DNA from: Eledone cirrhosa
Lineage: Eukaryota
Length of the DNA: 64,000 nt
Reading direction: 5' to 3'
Assembly: GCA_964016885.1 (NCBI GenBank)
Contig: OZ024756.1
Coordinates: forward strand, 13,578,001 to 13,642,000
The position numbers and the translations under genes were made by a program. Each line of letters opens with the position of its first letter. Positions within the stretch are counted from its first letter, which is position 1. Below the pieces are notes generated by a model. It was not told where the DNA came from, made no database searches, and saw nothing but the letters and a program-made list of their open reading frames with translations. This document shows positions 50,223 through 63,597 of the stretch, piece by piece.

Positions 50223-51490
50223 ACATACATACACACATACATACATACATACATACATACATACCACCCCTTTCAATGTAAAGTTATGTTGGTGTCACAA
50301 CATCCAGCCCGAAACAAATGAGGTCGTGTAGGTGTCACGACAAAAAAACACACAGTCCATGCTGTAATGTGGCCGTGTAGGTAACACGGTAAAAACCTCC
50401 CAGTTCCACACTGTAAATGTGGTTGGTGTTAGGAAGGGCATCCAGCCGTAGAAAACCCGCCAGACAGTCCTATGCGAGCAAGACAACCACTCTTGTCTCA
50501 AGTGGGAAAACTCCCGTCCAAACCCATGCAAGCGTGGAATATGGACGTTAAACGATGATGATGATGATGATGATACATACATACATACATACATGTTGCC
50601 AGATTCAATCATTAGCCTGCTAGGTATTGTCTTGAAGGGTTTAATCAACAATATCAACCCCAGTCCTTCTTTCCATCTGGTATGGATTTTATCAATCTCT
50701 AATTGCCTGAATTATAAATTACAGGACATAGACAACATCACTGATTTTAGGCATAAGTTCAATAAACATATACACACACATATACAAATGGCTGGAGCTC
50801 AGCCATCGGGGTCCTGAATTTTTTCATATATATATATATATGTATGTATATATATATCAGGATTTAACCACATTTTCACAAATACATTTTCACAAATACA
50901 CTCCATACAACTATATACATATATTCATAATAATTGTTTCTACTTTTGGCACAAGGCCAGCAATTACCCAGTGTATTACTGGTACTTTATTTTATCGACC
51001 CCGTAAGGATGAAAGGCAAAGTTAACCTCGGCGGATAATAATCTATTATTAACTCTAACATACTATAGTATCGGTAGAGGGTCGGACGCCATGCTTTCCA
51101 GCATAGTTACGTCCCTTTATGATCTGAGTTCAAATCCCGCCGAGGTTGACTTTGCCTTTCATCCTTACGGGGTCGATAAAATAAAGTACCAGTAATGCAC
51201 TGGGTAATTGCTGGCCTTGTGCCTAAAGCAGAAACAATTATTAACTCTAATATAATTTTTTCCTATATTCTTTCCTTAAATTTCCCCCACCCTAATAATA
51301 ACCTCTAACTCCTCTTCCTTTAAAAAATAATACTAATAATTATTTAAATTTACCTAGCGTCTAAATATAACAATCTTTTTTCAATTTCAACGTTATCCTC
51401 ATTAGCATATTCATCCTATGATTTGAAGTTCTTTTTTACTATTTAAAAGTTCTTGTCTTGAATATGTCACTGTCTGTAAAACTACTTTTG

Positions 51491-51552
51491 TATTTTACCT
51501 GATGAGGGCATACCAAACATGTTGGTATCCTTGAAATATATATAATACAATA
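51491..51552 (+). ncRNA. Type I hammerhead, family C
   Basis: CUGAUGA-GGGCAUACCAA(ACAUG)UUGGUAUCCUU-GAAA-UAUAUA-UA; flanks are homologous to 14800-14952. Confidence 0.7.
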
Positions 51553-51594
51553 AATATGGTTTTATAAAGATAGTTTCCATTTATTAATATTATT

Positions 51595-51777
51595 GATATA
51601 TATATATATGTATATATATGTATGTATATGTATATATATATTTTTTATATCTATATATATGTATGTATATGTATATATATGTGTATATATATGTGTATAT
51701 ATATATATGTGTATATATACATGTATATGTATATATATATATGTATATATATATGAATATACATATATATGTATATA

Positions 51778-51816
<39 letters not shown>

Positions 51817-51933
51817 ATATACATGTATATTATATATATATATGTATGTATATATACATGTATATGTATATATATATATGTATGTATATATACATGTATA
51901 TGTATATATATATATATGTATATATAGATACAT

Positions 51934-51982
<49 letters not shown>

Positions 51983-52836
51983 CATGTATATATATAGACA
52001 TATATATATATACATGTACATGTATATATACATGTATGTATATATACATGTATATATATATACATATATATATATATACATATATATGTATATATACATG
52101 TATATATATATATATACATGTATATGTATATATATATATGTCTATATATATACATGTATATGTATATCTATATATGTCTAGGGCGGGTAAAATTCCGGAG
52201 ATCCATGGACAAGTTCTCTCCAGCCATCTGTGTCCCTCATCATCGCTGCCATGTCCTGCGCCTCCCTTAGACCAGTGTCAGTCTTTAGGGCATCAACATA
52301 TGTTAACGTCCCAAAAGTCAGCTCAAAAGTCAGCTCAAAAGTCAGCTCAAAAGTCAGCTCAGAGGAGACTGAGGTTAGCTGGACATGCTCACCAACATCC
52401 AGAGTTGACACTGCACTCAGTGCTCCTGTGGGAGCCCTTGCACGGACACACTGGAAGAGGGAGACCAAGGTTAACGTATGTTGATTTATATATATATGTG
52501 TGTATATATATATGTATATATATATATGTATATATATATATTTATATATATATGGATATATATATATATATTTATATATATATGTATATATATATATATA
52601 TGTATATATGTATATATGTATATATATATATATGTATATATGTATATGTATATATGTATATGTATATATATATATGTATATATATGAATATATATATATA
52701 TGTATATATATGTATATGCATATATATGTGTATATATATGTAGATGTATGTATGTATATGTATATATATATGTATGTATATGTATATATATATGTATGTA
52801 TATGTATATATATATGTATGTATATATATATGTATG

Positions 52837-52885
<49 letters not shown>

Positions 52886-53059
52886 GTATATGTATATGTA
52901 TATATGTATGTATATATATGTATATATATGTATATGTATATATATGTATATGTATATATATATATGTATATATATGTATATGTATATATGTATATATATA
53001 GATAGATATATATATGTATATGTATATATATATATGTATATATATGTATATATATATAC

Positions 53060-53118
<59 letters not shown>

Positions 53119-53135
53119 TATATACATATATATAT
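51595..53135. repeat. Long degenerate (TA/TATG)n microsatellite with an internal RTE insert
   Basis: Low-complexity tract on both sides of 52178-52485. Confidence 0.95.
52178..52485. mobile_element. Internally inverted RTE 3' fragment
   Basis: Minus strand [13 protein letters not shown]...WRELV; plus strand RRLRLAGH...[11 protein letters not shown]; joined by four copies of a 12-bp repeat. Confidence 0.8.
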
Positions 53136-53299
53136 GCGCAGTATGCAAGTTTTTGGTTTTGGGTGATCGAACAGTGGATTCACTTTACCAACATTGATAA
53201 ATATGCTGGGTCCGTCAACTCCTGTTATTACTTCTGGCAATATTATAACAATATGACCCTCCCCAAGTATAACACGATTTCGCATCAAAGACCTTGCAG

Positions 53300-53351
<52 letters not shown>

Positions 53352-53659
53352 GTAAATTGGATTTATGGAATATTACAAATTAAAACGAGAGTTAATAAGA
53401 CTGATCCCGCCGAGGTTAACTTTGCCTTTCATCCTTACGGGGTCGATAAAATAAAGTACCAGTAATGCACTGGGATAATTGCTGGCCTTGTGCCAAAAGT
53501 AGAAACAATTATGTTTTAAATGGCTGTCGTGATCTAATACGTGATACATTGTTTCAGTTTCTACGAAACAACACAATGTCGTGTTTCATTCCAAACTAAC
53601 AAATCCAATCCAGACGATAAATAAAAGTTGACATCAGACCGATAAAAACAACCAGGGGA

Positions 53660-55000
53660 GATAACGACAAACAGGGGAGATAATTTGATAACATATTTCA
53701 CACTCGAAATCTATTTATTATAAAAACCCCAAACTTTTGTTTCTTACTCTTTTTCCAGAGGATAAATAAAAGGTGACATTAGGCCGATAACGACAAACAG
53801 GGGAGATAATTTGATAACATATTTCACACTCGAAATCTATTTATTATAAAAACCCCAAACTTTTGTTTCTTACTCTTTTTCCAGAGGATAAATAAAAGGT
53901 GACATTAGGCCGATAACGACAAACAGGGGAGATAATTTGATAACATATTTCACACTCGAAATCTATTTATTATAAAAACCCCAAACTTTTGTTTCTTACT
54001 CTTTTTCCAGAGGATAAATAAAAGGTGACATTAGGCCGATAACGACAAACAGGGGAGATAATTTGATAACATATTTCACACTCGAAATCTATTTATTATA
54101 AAAACCCCAAACTTTTGTTTTCTTACTCTTTTTCCAGAGGATAAATAAAAGGTGACATTAGGCCGATAACGACAAACAGGGGAGATAATTTGATAACATA
54201 TTTCACACTCGAAATCTATTTATTATAAAAACCCCAAACTTTTGTTTCTTACTCTTTTTCCAGAGGATAAATAAAAGGTGACATTAGGCCGATAACGACA
54301 AACAGGGGAGATAATTTGATAACATATTTCACACTCGAAATCTATTTATTATAAAAACCCCAAACTTTTGTTTCTTACTCTTTTTCCAGAGGATAAATAA
54401 AAGGTGACATTAGGCCGATAACGACAAACAGGGGAGATAATTTGATAACATATTTCACACTCGAAATCTATTTATTATAAAAACCCCAAACTTTTGTTTT
54501 CTTACTCTTTTTCCAGAGGATAAATAAAAGGTGACATTAGGCCGATAACGACAAACAGGGGAGATAATTTGATAACATATTTCACACTCGAAATCTATTT
54601 ATTATAAAAACCCCAAACTTTTGTTTCTTACTCTTTTTCCAGAGGATAAATAAAAGGTGACATTAGGCCGATAACGACAAACAGGGGAGATAATTTGATA
54701 ACATATTTCACACTCGAAATCTATTTATTATAAAAACCCTAAACTTTTGTTTCTTACTCTTTTTCCAGAGGATAAATAAAAGGTGACATTAGGACGATAA
54801 CGACAAACAGGGGAGATAATTTGATAACATATTTCACACTCGAAATCTATTTATTATAAAAACCCCAAACTTTTGTTTCTTACTCTTTTTCCAGAGGATA
54901 AATAAAAGGTGACATTAGGCCGATAACGACAAAGAGGGGAGATAATTTAATAACATATTTCACATTTAAAATCTATTTATTACCCCGAACTTTTGGTTTC
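53660..55000. repeat. 126-bp tandem satellite, ~10.5 near-identical copies
   Basis: gataacgacaaacaggggag recurs at 53660, 53786, 53912, 54038 and onward. Confidence 0.95.
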
Positions 55001-55384
55001 TTACTCTTTTTTTTAAAAACGTTTTGATTTTTTTCAAAAATATTTTTTGTCCTCCCATGTTTTGTCTTGTCGCAGCTTTCTTTCTTAATCGATTTCTTTG
55101 TAAAGATATATTACCTTGTGTATAAATTGCAGCTGGCTATTTTGTACATTAAATGAAAACAATGAATGTGTGTATATTTGTGTATGTGTACGTGTGAAGG
55201 TGTAATATCTGGTCCGTCAGTTTCCTTATGTATTCAAATAAAAGTCATTTTCATGATATATAAACAAATTTAAATATTACGAATGTGTTTGCGTTGATTT
55301 TATTATTTCAAATCCCTCAGGGCAATGGATTGTCAGTATCAGTAGAGGGTCGGGCACCATGCTTTGACGCAAAGAGTTACGTCT

Positions 55385-56815
55385 GGTAGTTATGACTCTG
55401 CTGGTTTAGAGCCACAGGGAGGGCCAGTGGATGATGGATCAGCTATCTCTGAGACAAATATAAAAAAAAAACAATTCTGTCCTGCAGAAGAGCCATCAAA
55501 ATGGCACTCTGAATGTGAGGACTATTTGGACGCTGGAGAAGAGAGAGGGGTTGGGTTATCTGTTCGAGGAGAGTGGTATGCAGATACTTGCGATCCAAGA
55601 ACACCGGATCCTAAATGATGAGCCCGTGAAGAGATTGATGATTAGGAAGAGGAGCCAACTCATCCCCACATCAGCAGTGAAGAACATGACCAATGCTGCA
55701 GTAGGAGGAGTGGGTTTTGTTTTCAGCGCAAGAATCAATTTATTAGTGAGGGAAATAATGCCTGTTTCCCCGCGAGTGTTGAGGGTGACCTTCAATGGAA
55801 ACCCAAGACTGACAGTCAACTCAGCCTATAGTCCAACCGAGGGAGACAGGGATATGAGTGCGGAAGAGTTCTATGAGGAGGTGTGTAGAACTGTCAACAC
55901 CACACAAGCTCATAACATCCTGCTTGTTCTGGGGGACTTCAATGCACATCTGAGTAAGGAGGGCAGTGACGATCCTTGCTGGTACTTCCATAACAACACC
56001 CGAAATGGAAGACTACCGAGAGACACTCTGCTGGAGGTGAACTTGATAACAACCAACCCAATGTTTAGGAAGAATCCAGGGAAGATGTGGATCTACGTCT
56101 CAGATATGCACCTGTCCAAGTCCCAGATTGATTTCATTCTGGTGAGGAAAATGTGGCAGAATAGTGTTCTGAACACAGAACCATACAACTATTTCAGTAC
56201 ACAGGGTAGTAACCACCGGCTTGTTATGAGTGAGTTTAAGAAAGACCAAGGCTCAGCCCTGGAGAGCAATCTATGACTGGGGAGCTTTCAAGGAAGATAA
56301 GCTACAGGAGAGGTTCACAGTAGAAGTGAGGAACAGATTCAGTGCTCTGTGTGGAAAGACAGAGAGAGAGAGAGAGATGGGAGGGACTGAGGAGAGTGTG
56401 ACGAGGAGGTACGGGTACTTCACCAATGCAGTGGCAGAAGCAAGTGAGGCCCTGGCGCTGAGGAGAGAGAAGAAGAGGAAGCACGTCAGCTCTGGAGACC
56501 CAAAAGTGTGTGCAGCCAGAGAACACCTGAAAGATGCCAAGGACCACTTCCCAGCTGATCCTATGGAGGAGACGAAGGAGAATATGGAGGTGATGAAGGA
56601 ATAACTCTGTACCGCTTACACAGAGGCCAGAGAGGAGGCACTGATAGAGAAGATCTGAAGTGTGGAGAGAGCGGTTGACACGTCTAGGTTTAAGGACAGA
56701 TGGACGATCATCAACGACATCACAGGGAGGAAGAGAAGGTGTTTGAGTCAGATCCAGAGAACAGAGCGAGGATACGAAGGATGGCTGGGCCATTTTAAGA
56801 CCCTACTAGGAGACT
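55385..56815 (+). mobile_element. Decayed RTE-clade LINE, endonuclease region
   Basis: ILAIQEHR, GGVGF, SAYSPT, LGDFNAH, SQIDFILV, SNHRLV. Confidence 0.85.
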
Positions 56816-57076
56816 CTACACGTCGAATGGGGTTCTATTAGATTTTTTTATCCAAATAGAGTCGTCAAAACATGTCACTAAATTACAGGTAGTGGGGATG
56901 ACATCAACTTTGAAATCCTTAACCACCGTGAGCGTTTTAGCGAATTTGATAGCTGTAAGAAGAAGTGGTAAAGTAATTGAGGAGTAGTTGTTGATGTCAA
57001 ACTGGATAAAACGGCAATGTTCCTTGTTGCATATGCCATTGAACCAATCAACCACTGCGAAAGAATTATTCCACAG
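56816..57076 (-). mobile_element. Penelope-like RT fragment
   Basis: LWNNSFAVVDWF...FIQFDINNYSSIT...WIKK...FDV. Confidence 0.7.
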
Positions 57077-57109
57077 TGCACACGCACACGCACACGCGCA
57101 CACACACAC

Positions 57110-57315
57110 AATAACTAGAAATTGATTAACATATAAATATACATGAATAATCACAGGAGATAATTTTATCCCGCGTGTAACCACGCATAGCTAGTATAGG
57201 TAATATTTACCTTTAAGTATATTACCTATACTAGCTATGCGTGGTTACACGCGGGATAAAATTATCTCCTGTGATTATTCATGTATATTTATATGTTAAT
57301 CAATTTCTAGTTATT
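57110..57315. repeat. Perfect palindrome, ~97-bp arms
   Basis: The arms are exact reverse complements around ttacctttaagt. Confidence 0.92.
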
Positions 57316-57430
57316 ATTGTATGCTCAGACTTATCTTAGAGCTTAATTTCCAGGATGTATGGCGCATGTTTATGACATGACACCCACAATTTCGATTTAG
57401 ATTAAATTCATTTAATTTATCTTAATTTTG

Positions 57431-57462
<32 letters not shown>

Positions 57463-57630
57463 CAGGATAACAGGTTATCGTTATAGGTAGTCCACTTAGA
57501 TGTAGTCCAGTTAAAGTACTCCGTGTAGTGGATGGTATTAACGTATGGCTTAGTTTGACTCAACAAGACGTTTCTATAGTGATGCTGCGAGTTCGCGGTG
57601 ATTTCTATGTAGTTTATATTTGGAGTAATA

Positions 57631-57853
57631 ATAATTCAAGAAAGAAGAGTGACATGGTTGGCTGTACAATAAGGGCTTTATTCTCATTGCTGACAATTGT
57701 TTCTTTGATCTGGAAGTTCGCTACTCGCTTGATGTTTGACGCAACATCAAGCGAGTAGCGAACTCTAGACCTACCAGATCAAAGAAACAATTGTCAGCAA
57801 TGTGAATATAGCCCTTATTGTATAGCCAACCATGTCACTCTTCTTTCTTGAAT

Positions 57854-57856
<3 letters not shown>
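57631..57856. repeat. Imperfect palindrome, ~105-bp arms
   Basis: ataattcaagaaagaagagtgacatgg... against ...ccatgtcactcttctttcttgaattat. Confidence 0.9.
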
Positions 57857-57876
<20 letters not shown>

Positions 57877-57884
<8 letters not shown>

Positions 57885-57991
57885 TGAGATTCTACAGGAC
57901 TAGAACTGTTTCATTCTTTAGAAATCATCAGGATTCCTGATGATTTCTAAAGAATGAAACAGTTCTAGTCTTGTAGAATCTCATCTATATT
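57877..57991. ncRNA. Back-to-back double hammerhead palindrome, family A (57888-57936 on -, 57932-57980 on +)
   Basis: GAUUC-CUGAUGA-UUUC(UAAA)GAAU-GAAA-CAG..UUG-UA-GAAUC on +; the mirror motif is on -. Confidence 0.8.
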
Positions 57992-58215
57992 AAAACTGTT
58001 ATACTCTGCAATGTATTGAGTACCTTACTTACTGTGGTTACCTCCGATTCAACATGGAATAACGTATATATATATATATATATAATATATATATATAATA
58101 TATATGTGTGAATGAAGTAATTCCATCGGAAAAGTCCAGGAAAAAAGAGTGCTCTATGTAAGCAACAGAGCTTAATTATTATTATTATGTAATAAACAAC
58201 ATAAGGCAATTATTC

Positions 58216-58269
58216 CATTTACCAGTGGTTTCTTAAAAGCAAAAGGTTTTGCTTTCAATCCTCAGAATG
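58216..58269 (-). ncRNA. Type I hammerhead ribozyme, family D
   Basis: CAUU-CUGAGGA-UUGAAAGCAAAA(CC)UUUUGCUUUUAA-GAAA-CCACUGG-UA-AAUG. Confidence 0.8.
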
Positions 58270-58473
58270 AAAAATCCTGGTTTGTTTATTGAATATGGAT
58301 TCTAAAAACAAAAATGCAATCTATATGAAAGTGAGGCTGGAAAAGGGAGAAGGAAAGGAAAAATAAAATAAAATAAAACTACACATGCAAACACACACAA
58401 AAAAACACAAAAGCATACTTACACACACACACATATATACACATATAATTTGCACGCATACACATATACACAT

Positions 58474-58530
<57 letters not shown>

Positions 58531-58596
58531 GAGCGTACACCTACACACACACATACACATATATACACACATATACACATACATATATTCATACAT

Positions 58597-58629
<33 letters not shown>

Positions 58630-58656
58630 TATATATACACATGTACATATCCATAC

Positions 58657-58697
<41 letters not shown>

Positions 58698-58720
58698 CAT
58701 ATACACATATATACACATAT

Positions 58721-58773
<53 letters not shown>

Positions 58774-59195
58774 TATATATATATATATATATTTTTTTTT
58801 TGTTTAATATAAGGAACTGTTTCATTGTTTTATTCATTATTTTTTTAATATTTTATCTTGACTCTGTATTCCGTTTATCTTTCACCGAAAGTGATTTTTC
58901 ATTGCATCTCTTCTTTCCATGATATCCGGAATACATTGAGTTCTTCATACGGATTGGACACTACCGTAAACTCTTGGTAGATTTATCTACATATATATAT
59001 ATATATATATATATATACAAAAATATAAAAACACACACACATATAAATTTTTTTTCTTATATTTATTTGCGTGTGTTAATATGTAGTGGAGTGCATTCAT
59101 GTATGTGTATGTATGTACGTTGTATGTTTGTGTGAATGTATGTATATGTGTGTGTATATATATGTGTGTGTGTATGTGTAGGCTTGTACACACAG

Positions 59196-59233
<38 letters not shown>

Positions 59234-59312
59234 ATATGTGTATATATGTGTATATGTATGTATATATATATATATATATATATATGTATGGATATGTACA
59301 TGTGTATATATA

Positions 59313-59365
<53 letters not shown>

Positions 59366-59427
59366 ATGAATATATGTATGTGTATATGTGTGTATATATG
59401 TGTATGTGTGTGTGTAGGTGTACGCTC

Positions 59428-59464
<37 letters not shown>

Positions 59465-59662
59465 ATATGTGTATGCGTGCAAATTATATGTGTATATATG
59501 TGTGTGTGTGTAAGTATGCTTTTGTGTTTTTTTGTGTGTGTTTGCATGTGTAGTTTTATTTTATTTTATTTTTCCTTTCCTTCTCCCTTTTCCAGCCTCA
59601 CTTTCATATAGATTGCATTTTTGTTTTTAGAATCCATATTCAATAAACAAACCAGGATTTTT

Positions 59663-59716
59663 CATTCTGAGGATTGAAAGCAAAACCTTTTGCTTTTAAG
59701 AAACCACTGGTAAATG
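59663..59716 (+). ncRNA. Type I hammerhead ribozyme, family D
   Basis: Identical motif in the right arm of the inverted repeat. Confidence 0.8.
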
Positions 59717-60211
59717 GAATAATTGCCTTATGTTGTTTATTACATAATAATAATAATTATATAATATATATATATATAATATACATATGTATATATATAT
59801 ATATAATATACATATGTATATATATATGACGGCAGAGCTCAAGCCGTTTCGACGGCTATTTTTGTCCAGAAATAGCCGTCGAAACGGCTTGAGCTCTGCC
59901 ATCGGGGTCATACATTTTCCTATTACCCACTCTACTACCCTAAGTATTGAGTACTCTGGTGCGTTATGGTCCATCTGGTTCCTTACCACACTTACTTCAT
60001 TATTATATATACATATAGGTTAACTTTGCCTTTCATCCTTACGGGGTCGATAAAATAAAGTACCAGTAATGCACTGGGTTATTGCTGGCCTTGTGCCAAA
60101 AGTAGAAACAATTGTTATATATTCATATATATATTACATATATATATTTTATTTACACACACACACATATATATATATATATAGTGAAAGAATGAAGAGT
60201 AACATGGTTGG

Positions 60212-60267
<56 letters not shown>

Positions 60268-60330
60268 ATGATGATGATGATGATATAGTGACGAAACATA
60301 AGTCAATTGCATAAACTCATAATCCTTTAT

Positions 60331-60390
60331 TTACTGCTATATATATTTCGATGATACCCATTGAATGGCTATGACCTCATCAGGCAGTAA
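60331..60390 (-). ncRNA. Type I hammerhead ribozyme, family B
   Basis: UUACUGC-CUGAUGA-...-GAAA-UAUAUA-UA-GCAGUAA; element 60286-60435 is homologous to 8750-8900. Confidence 0.78.
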
Positions 60391-61526
60391 GTCAGTTCTT
60401 AGATATGCCAGCTCTGTGTTTATGGTGTTGATGGTATATATATATATATATAGTATATGTATATATAGTATATGTATATAATTGTTTCTACGTTAGGCAC
60501 AACGCCAGCAATTAACCAGTGTATTACTGGTACTTTATTTTATCGACCCCGTAAGGATGAAAGGCAAAGTTAACCTCGGCGGGATTTGAACTCAGAATGG
60601 CAAGGGCCGTAGCTTAAATTTACTGTACTAAGATATATATAGTGTATGTATATAATATATATATCTTAGTACAGTAAATTTAAGCATTCACAAACAGTAA
60701 CATCACCATTTCCACCATCATCACAACTACCTCCACCACCACCACCACCACAACTACCACCACCACCACCACTACTACTACCACCACCACCACCACCACA
60801 ACCTCTACCACTACTATGACTGAGGTAGCCTCGATGTTGTTGTTCAATCTGCTAGGAATAGCCGAAATCTTGCCATCGTTAAAATAATTGTTTCTATTTT
60901 TTGGCACAAGGCCAGCAATTACTCAGTGTATTACTGGTACTTTATTTTATCGACCCCGTAAAGATGAAAGGCAAAGTAAACCTCAGCAATGGTTTCTGCT
61001 TTAGCCACGAGGCCAACAATTTTGGGGGCAAAGGAAAAGTCGATTAAATTGACCCTGGTGCATTACTGGTACTTTATTTTATCGACCCCCGTAAGGATGA
61101 AAGGCAATGCTAACCTTGGCAGAATTTGAACTCATAATGTAAAGGGCCATAACTCTTTGCTACAAAGCATGGTGTCTGATGCTCTACTGATACTGCCAAT
61201 AGAAGTCAGTCATAGATACCTTGCCCGAAAATATGATGGGATGGTCATAGCTGGAACGCTTAGATATGGGTCAAAACAACAAGAATTTACCTAGGTTTTC
61301 TACTCCCAACTATTTCTAACTTCTAACATGTTTCCCACATGTTTCTCACGTGTTTCCCACATGTTTCCCACATGTTTCCCACATGATAAACGCTCTGTAC
61401 CCACTTGTTATTGTTGTTTCGCGTAATATGGCAAGGTTTGCTCACTCACAAATACTGTCTACTACACCAGATGACAATAGCAATCAAATATAGACACACA
61501 CACACACACATACACACACACACATT

Positions 61527-61558
<32 letters not shown>

Positions 61559-61934
61559 CACACACACACATACATACACACACAGACATCACACCCACAT
61601 ACACACACATGCATACACCCACATACACACACACATACGCACACGCACGCGCACACATACATACACACACAGACATACACACCTACATACACACACAGTC
61701 ATACACACACATACACACATACATACACCCCCACCCCCACACACACAAACTCACACACGCACTCTCCACACACATGCACACACACATATACACACACACA
61801 CATACACCCCCCCCACACACATACACACATAACAACATACACACACACACATACACACATACACACACGCACGCACATACTGACACACACAATCACAAGG
61901 TTATACAAGGCTATACATATATATGTATATATGC

Positions 61935-63492
61935 CACCACCATCAACAACACCACAACAATCATCAAAGCCTCATCAACACTCCACCACCACCACCAACA
62001 ACACACCACCACCAACAACACACCACCACCAACAACACACCACCACCAACAACACACCACCACCAACAACACCACCACCACCAACAACACCACCACCACC
62101 AACAACAACACCACCAACAACACCACCACCACCAACAACACCACCAACAACACCACCAACAACAACACCACCACCAACAACACCACCACCACCAACAACA
62201 ACACCACCAACAACACCATCACCACCAACAACACCACCAACAACACCACCAACAACAACACCACCACCAACACCACCACCACCAACAACAACACCACCAA
62301 CAACACCATCACCACCAACAACACCACCAACAACACCACCACCAACACACCACCACCAACACCATCACCACCAACAGCACCACCACCAACAACAACAACA
62401 CCACCAACAGCACCAACACCACCACCACCAACAACACACCACCACCAACACCATCACCACCAACAGCACCACCACCACCAACAACACACCACCACCAACA
62501 CCATCACCACCAACAGCACCACCACCAACAACAACAACACCACCAACAGCACCAACACCATCACCAACAACAACAACACCACCAACAACAACACACCACC
62601 ACCAACACCATCACCACCAACAGCACCACCACCAACAACAACAACACCACCATCACCACCAACACCATCACCGCCAACAGCACCACCACCACCAACAACA
62701 CACCACCACCAACACCATCACCACCAACAGCACCACCACCACCACCAACAACACACCACCACCAACAACACACCACCACCAACAACGCCACCAATAACAA
62801 CACCACCACCAACAACAACACCACCACCAACAACAACACCACCACCACCAACAGCACCACCACCACCACCAACAACACACCACCACCAACACACCACCAC
62901 CAACAACACCACCAACAACAACACCACCACCAACAACACCACCACCAACAGCACCATCACCACCAACAACACCACCACCACCAACACCATCACCACCAAC
63001 AGCACCAGCACCAACACCACCAACAACACACCACCACCAACACCATCACCACCAACAGCACCAACACCAACAGCACCACCACCACCAACAACAACACACC
63101 ACCACCAACACCACCACCAACAACACCACCAACAACACCACCAACAACAACACCACCACCAACAACACCACCAACAACACCACCAACAACACCACCAACA
63201 ACAGCACCATCACCACCAACAACACACCACCACCAACACCATCACCACCAACAGCACCACCACCAACAACAACACCACCAACAACACCATCACCACCAAC
63301 AACACCACCAACAACACACCACCACCAACAACACCACCACCAACACCACCACCAACAACAACAACACCACCATCACCACCAACAACACTACCAACAACAC
63401 ACCACCACCAACAACACCATCAACAACACCACGACCACCAACACCAACACCACCAACAGCACCCCCCCCCCCCCCCAACAACCCCACCACCA
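61935..63492. repeat. (ACC/AAC)n complex trinucleotide array
   Basis: Low complexity; poly-T/P/H/Q/N ORFs in all frames. Confidence 0.95.
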
Positions 63493-63597
63493 TTTGACAT
63501 ACATCCAATATTTAGTACACTCCAGAGAACACATGTTAACTTCGTACATTCCAGTGTTGGCATTTGGTCATAGACTATATTAAATATTGCACTGGTA

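Larger units (their letters stand above)
58173..59759. repeat. Large inverted repeat (~570-600-bp arms, ~430-bp spacer) with a hammerhead in each arm
   Basis: 58173-58770 is the reverse complement of 59195-59759, apart from microsatellite length. Confidence 0.9.

Noticed and set aside
53660-55000. CRISPR-like array, or tandem hammerheads (UUGAUAA...GAAA in each unit)
   Set aside because: There are no unique spacers and the context is eukaryotic. The sequence between UUGAUAA and GAAA cannot form stem II.
61405-63573. Mucin/extensin-like 722-aa ORF
   Set aside because: CA and ACC/AAC microsatellite, open in all three frames.
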